Shown in pieces: positions 62,254 to 64,000 of a DNA stretch of 64,000 nucleotides. The position numbers and the translations under genes are program-made. The first letter of the stretch is position 1, and every line of letters begins with the position of its first letter. This stretch comes from Tubulanus polymorphus (Eukaryota > Animalia > Nemertea), in NCBI RefSeq assembly GCF_964204645.1, contig NC_134028.1:20828345-20892344 (forward strand), in the 5' to 3' direction. The notes below the pieces were generated by a model. The model did no database searches. It saw only the letters and a list, made by a program, of their open reading frames with translations, and was not told the origin of the DNA.

Positions 62254-62962
62254 AATAATAATAATGATAATAATAAGTGTCTTATATAGCGCTAAATACA
62301 ACTCACGAAAAAAGCCGCTCAGAGCGCTTCACATAAAAGCCTCATTAAAGAGGAAATGTTTAAGTTGCCTCTTGAAGATTTCCAAAGATTTTATAGACCG
62401 GAGGTCTCCAGGAAGCTGATTCCACAAGGGCGGGCCATTGATGGAAAAGGCTCGAGAACCGAAAGACTTTCTATTGTATCTATGATGATATGATGATATG
62501 ATTTATTTTCAAGTAAAGTTTTTACAAAATTAATGAATCTAGGGACTGTCAGTGAGATAAAGACAGAAGAACGGAGAGGACGGCAAGGGGCATGAATATG
62601 AATGAGGTCACAGAGATGTTTAGGAGCCAAATTATGTATGCACTGGATGATGAAAATGAGAACTTGGTACTTGATTCTTTGTTCAATGGGTAACCAATGT
62701 AATTCCATAAGGACACAGGTTTGATTGATTTATATTTTCTGGTTTTACTAACTAGACGGGCTGCTGTGTTTCGTACTCACTGGAGAGGTTTCGTTGAGGA
62801 TTTTGGTAATTCAGTGTGAACAGAGTTACAAAAGTCAAGACGGGTTGCGATGAGTGCCTGCACATAAATTCTTGTGGCATCAACAGATATATATATTGAC
62901 GGATTTTACCAATGTTGAGAATGTAAAAAATTAGCAGACTTCACACAACTTGAAATGTGGTC
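62254..62962 (-). mobile_element. 5'-truncated L2/CR1-clade LINE, 3' end
   Basis: RT C-terminal 'ELHWLPIEQRIKY..LRS', 'TRLDFCNS'; 3' stem-loop gcgctctgag..agcgc followed by a (TTA)n tail. Confidence 0.85.
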
Positions 62963-64000
62963 TCTTAAGTGTATTAGTAAATATTGCTATGTATCAAATT
63001 GGACATAGATTTCTGGTAAATCACCACGATTTACATTTCCGTCAGATAGAATTAGCTTCCAATGATGCGGTATCGAATCGCGTCCATATTAGTGTGCGTT
63101 GTAATCCATTTTCAGGGGTATTTCGTCATAGTAGTTTGTAATTGCCGCGATAATCATCGAATGGGTGTTGCAGATCCGTGATGTATGTATTCTGTGGAAT
63201 CGGTTTCGTCCAGTTCCGACACGCCGATCAGCGCACGTGGGAGGTAGCTGCTTGTAAAAATTACAATACACAAATTGCAAATGCTGTCAAAATAGAACAT
63301 TGTGTAAAAGTTATTTTCAAATATGTGATATAATCACAAATATCAAATATGCAACTGGTTTGAATTTTAGTTCAGCCATTACTGAGAAATTCGACTTTTA
63401 AATCGGCAATTTCAGCGCGTGCTCACTGTTATTGTTAATGTTAGCATTTCACATCGTTAAGAAATCGTGGAAAATACAATTTTGATAGCAGTATATATAT
63501 TTGTTTCAAGCCCATACAGATTCTTCCCTTAAAGAGAAAATGTTTTCCCCTTTAATCACTTTATAATCTATTTTACAGATACCGCACCGTGGGAATTGCT
63601 TCGGCGTTTGCCCGAGTTGGTTCGATGACAGCACCATTCGTCGCTCATTTGGTTGGTTTCATCTAGTAAATGTCACTTGTCACTTGTCATTTCAATATTA
63701 CGATTGAATTGTTTCAGGCTCAATTTATATCTTGGTTGCCAGGCGTGATTCTCGGGTGTATTGGACTGGTAACCGCTTTGTTGATGTTACCCTTACCGGA
63801 AACTAGAGGTGTACCGATGCCTCAAACTATCACTGATATCGACCGACCTAGAAACGACTCGATAAACCGGACTGTAGATGAAAATCATCTGGAACAAATT
63901 AGTTAATTTTTACCTCAGGTTAACAACAATGAGGACTCTACGTTCGACTGTGGCAATCGAGGATTCCACTTATGGCAAGCGACGATCCACTAGGTTCGCT

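Noticed and set aside
62980-63305. Minus-strand stretch with a hydrophobic, signal-peptide-like start as a candidate BMPER first exon
   Set aside because: Stops in all frames, no Cys pattern and no suitable donor; at most an unidentifiable decayed coding fragment

Overview
AT-rich, intron-containing animal genomic DNA, probably a marine lophotrochozoan-type invertebrate (inferred from gene content and repeat types). It is not prokaryotic and has no CRISPR array. Left half: a single-exon rhodopsin-type GPCR (+), a complete 7-coding-exon MRE11 (+, 653 aa) and a convergent 19-coding-exon IKK-alpha/beta kinase (-, 770 aa). Their introns are packed with MITEs, SINEs, minisatellites and Penelope-like palindromes. 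Middle: a GPCR pseudogene, a small secreted PAN/apple-domain gene, a Mutator-type element with a 9-bp TSD and an intronless CYP1-like P450. Right half: an unusually interleaved locus. A disabled SLC22 transporter (+, 45.6-63.9 kb, carrying exonic MITE and solo-LTR insertions) has introns holding three intact single-exon GPCRs (+) and seven exons of an antisense BMPER/crossveinless-2 that lacks the GDPH autocleavage motif. Other notable signals are minimal hammerhead-ribozyme motifs (best at 61840-61886, just 3' of a GPCR), a ~120-bp non-coding element shared upstream of two divergent GPCRs, and an intronic minisatellite built from copies of an IKK splice acceptor. All gene models were read by eye from splice sites and frame continuity. 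No database searches were run.
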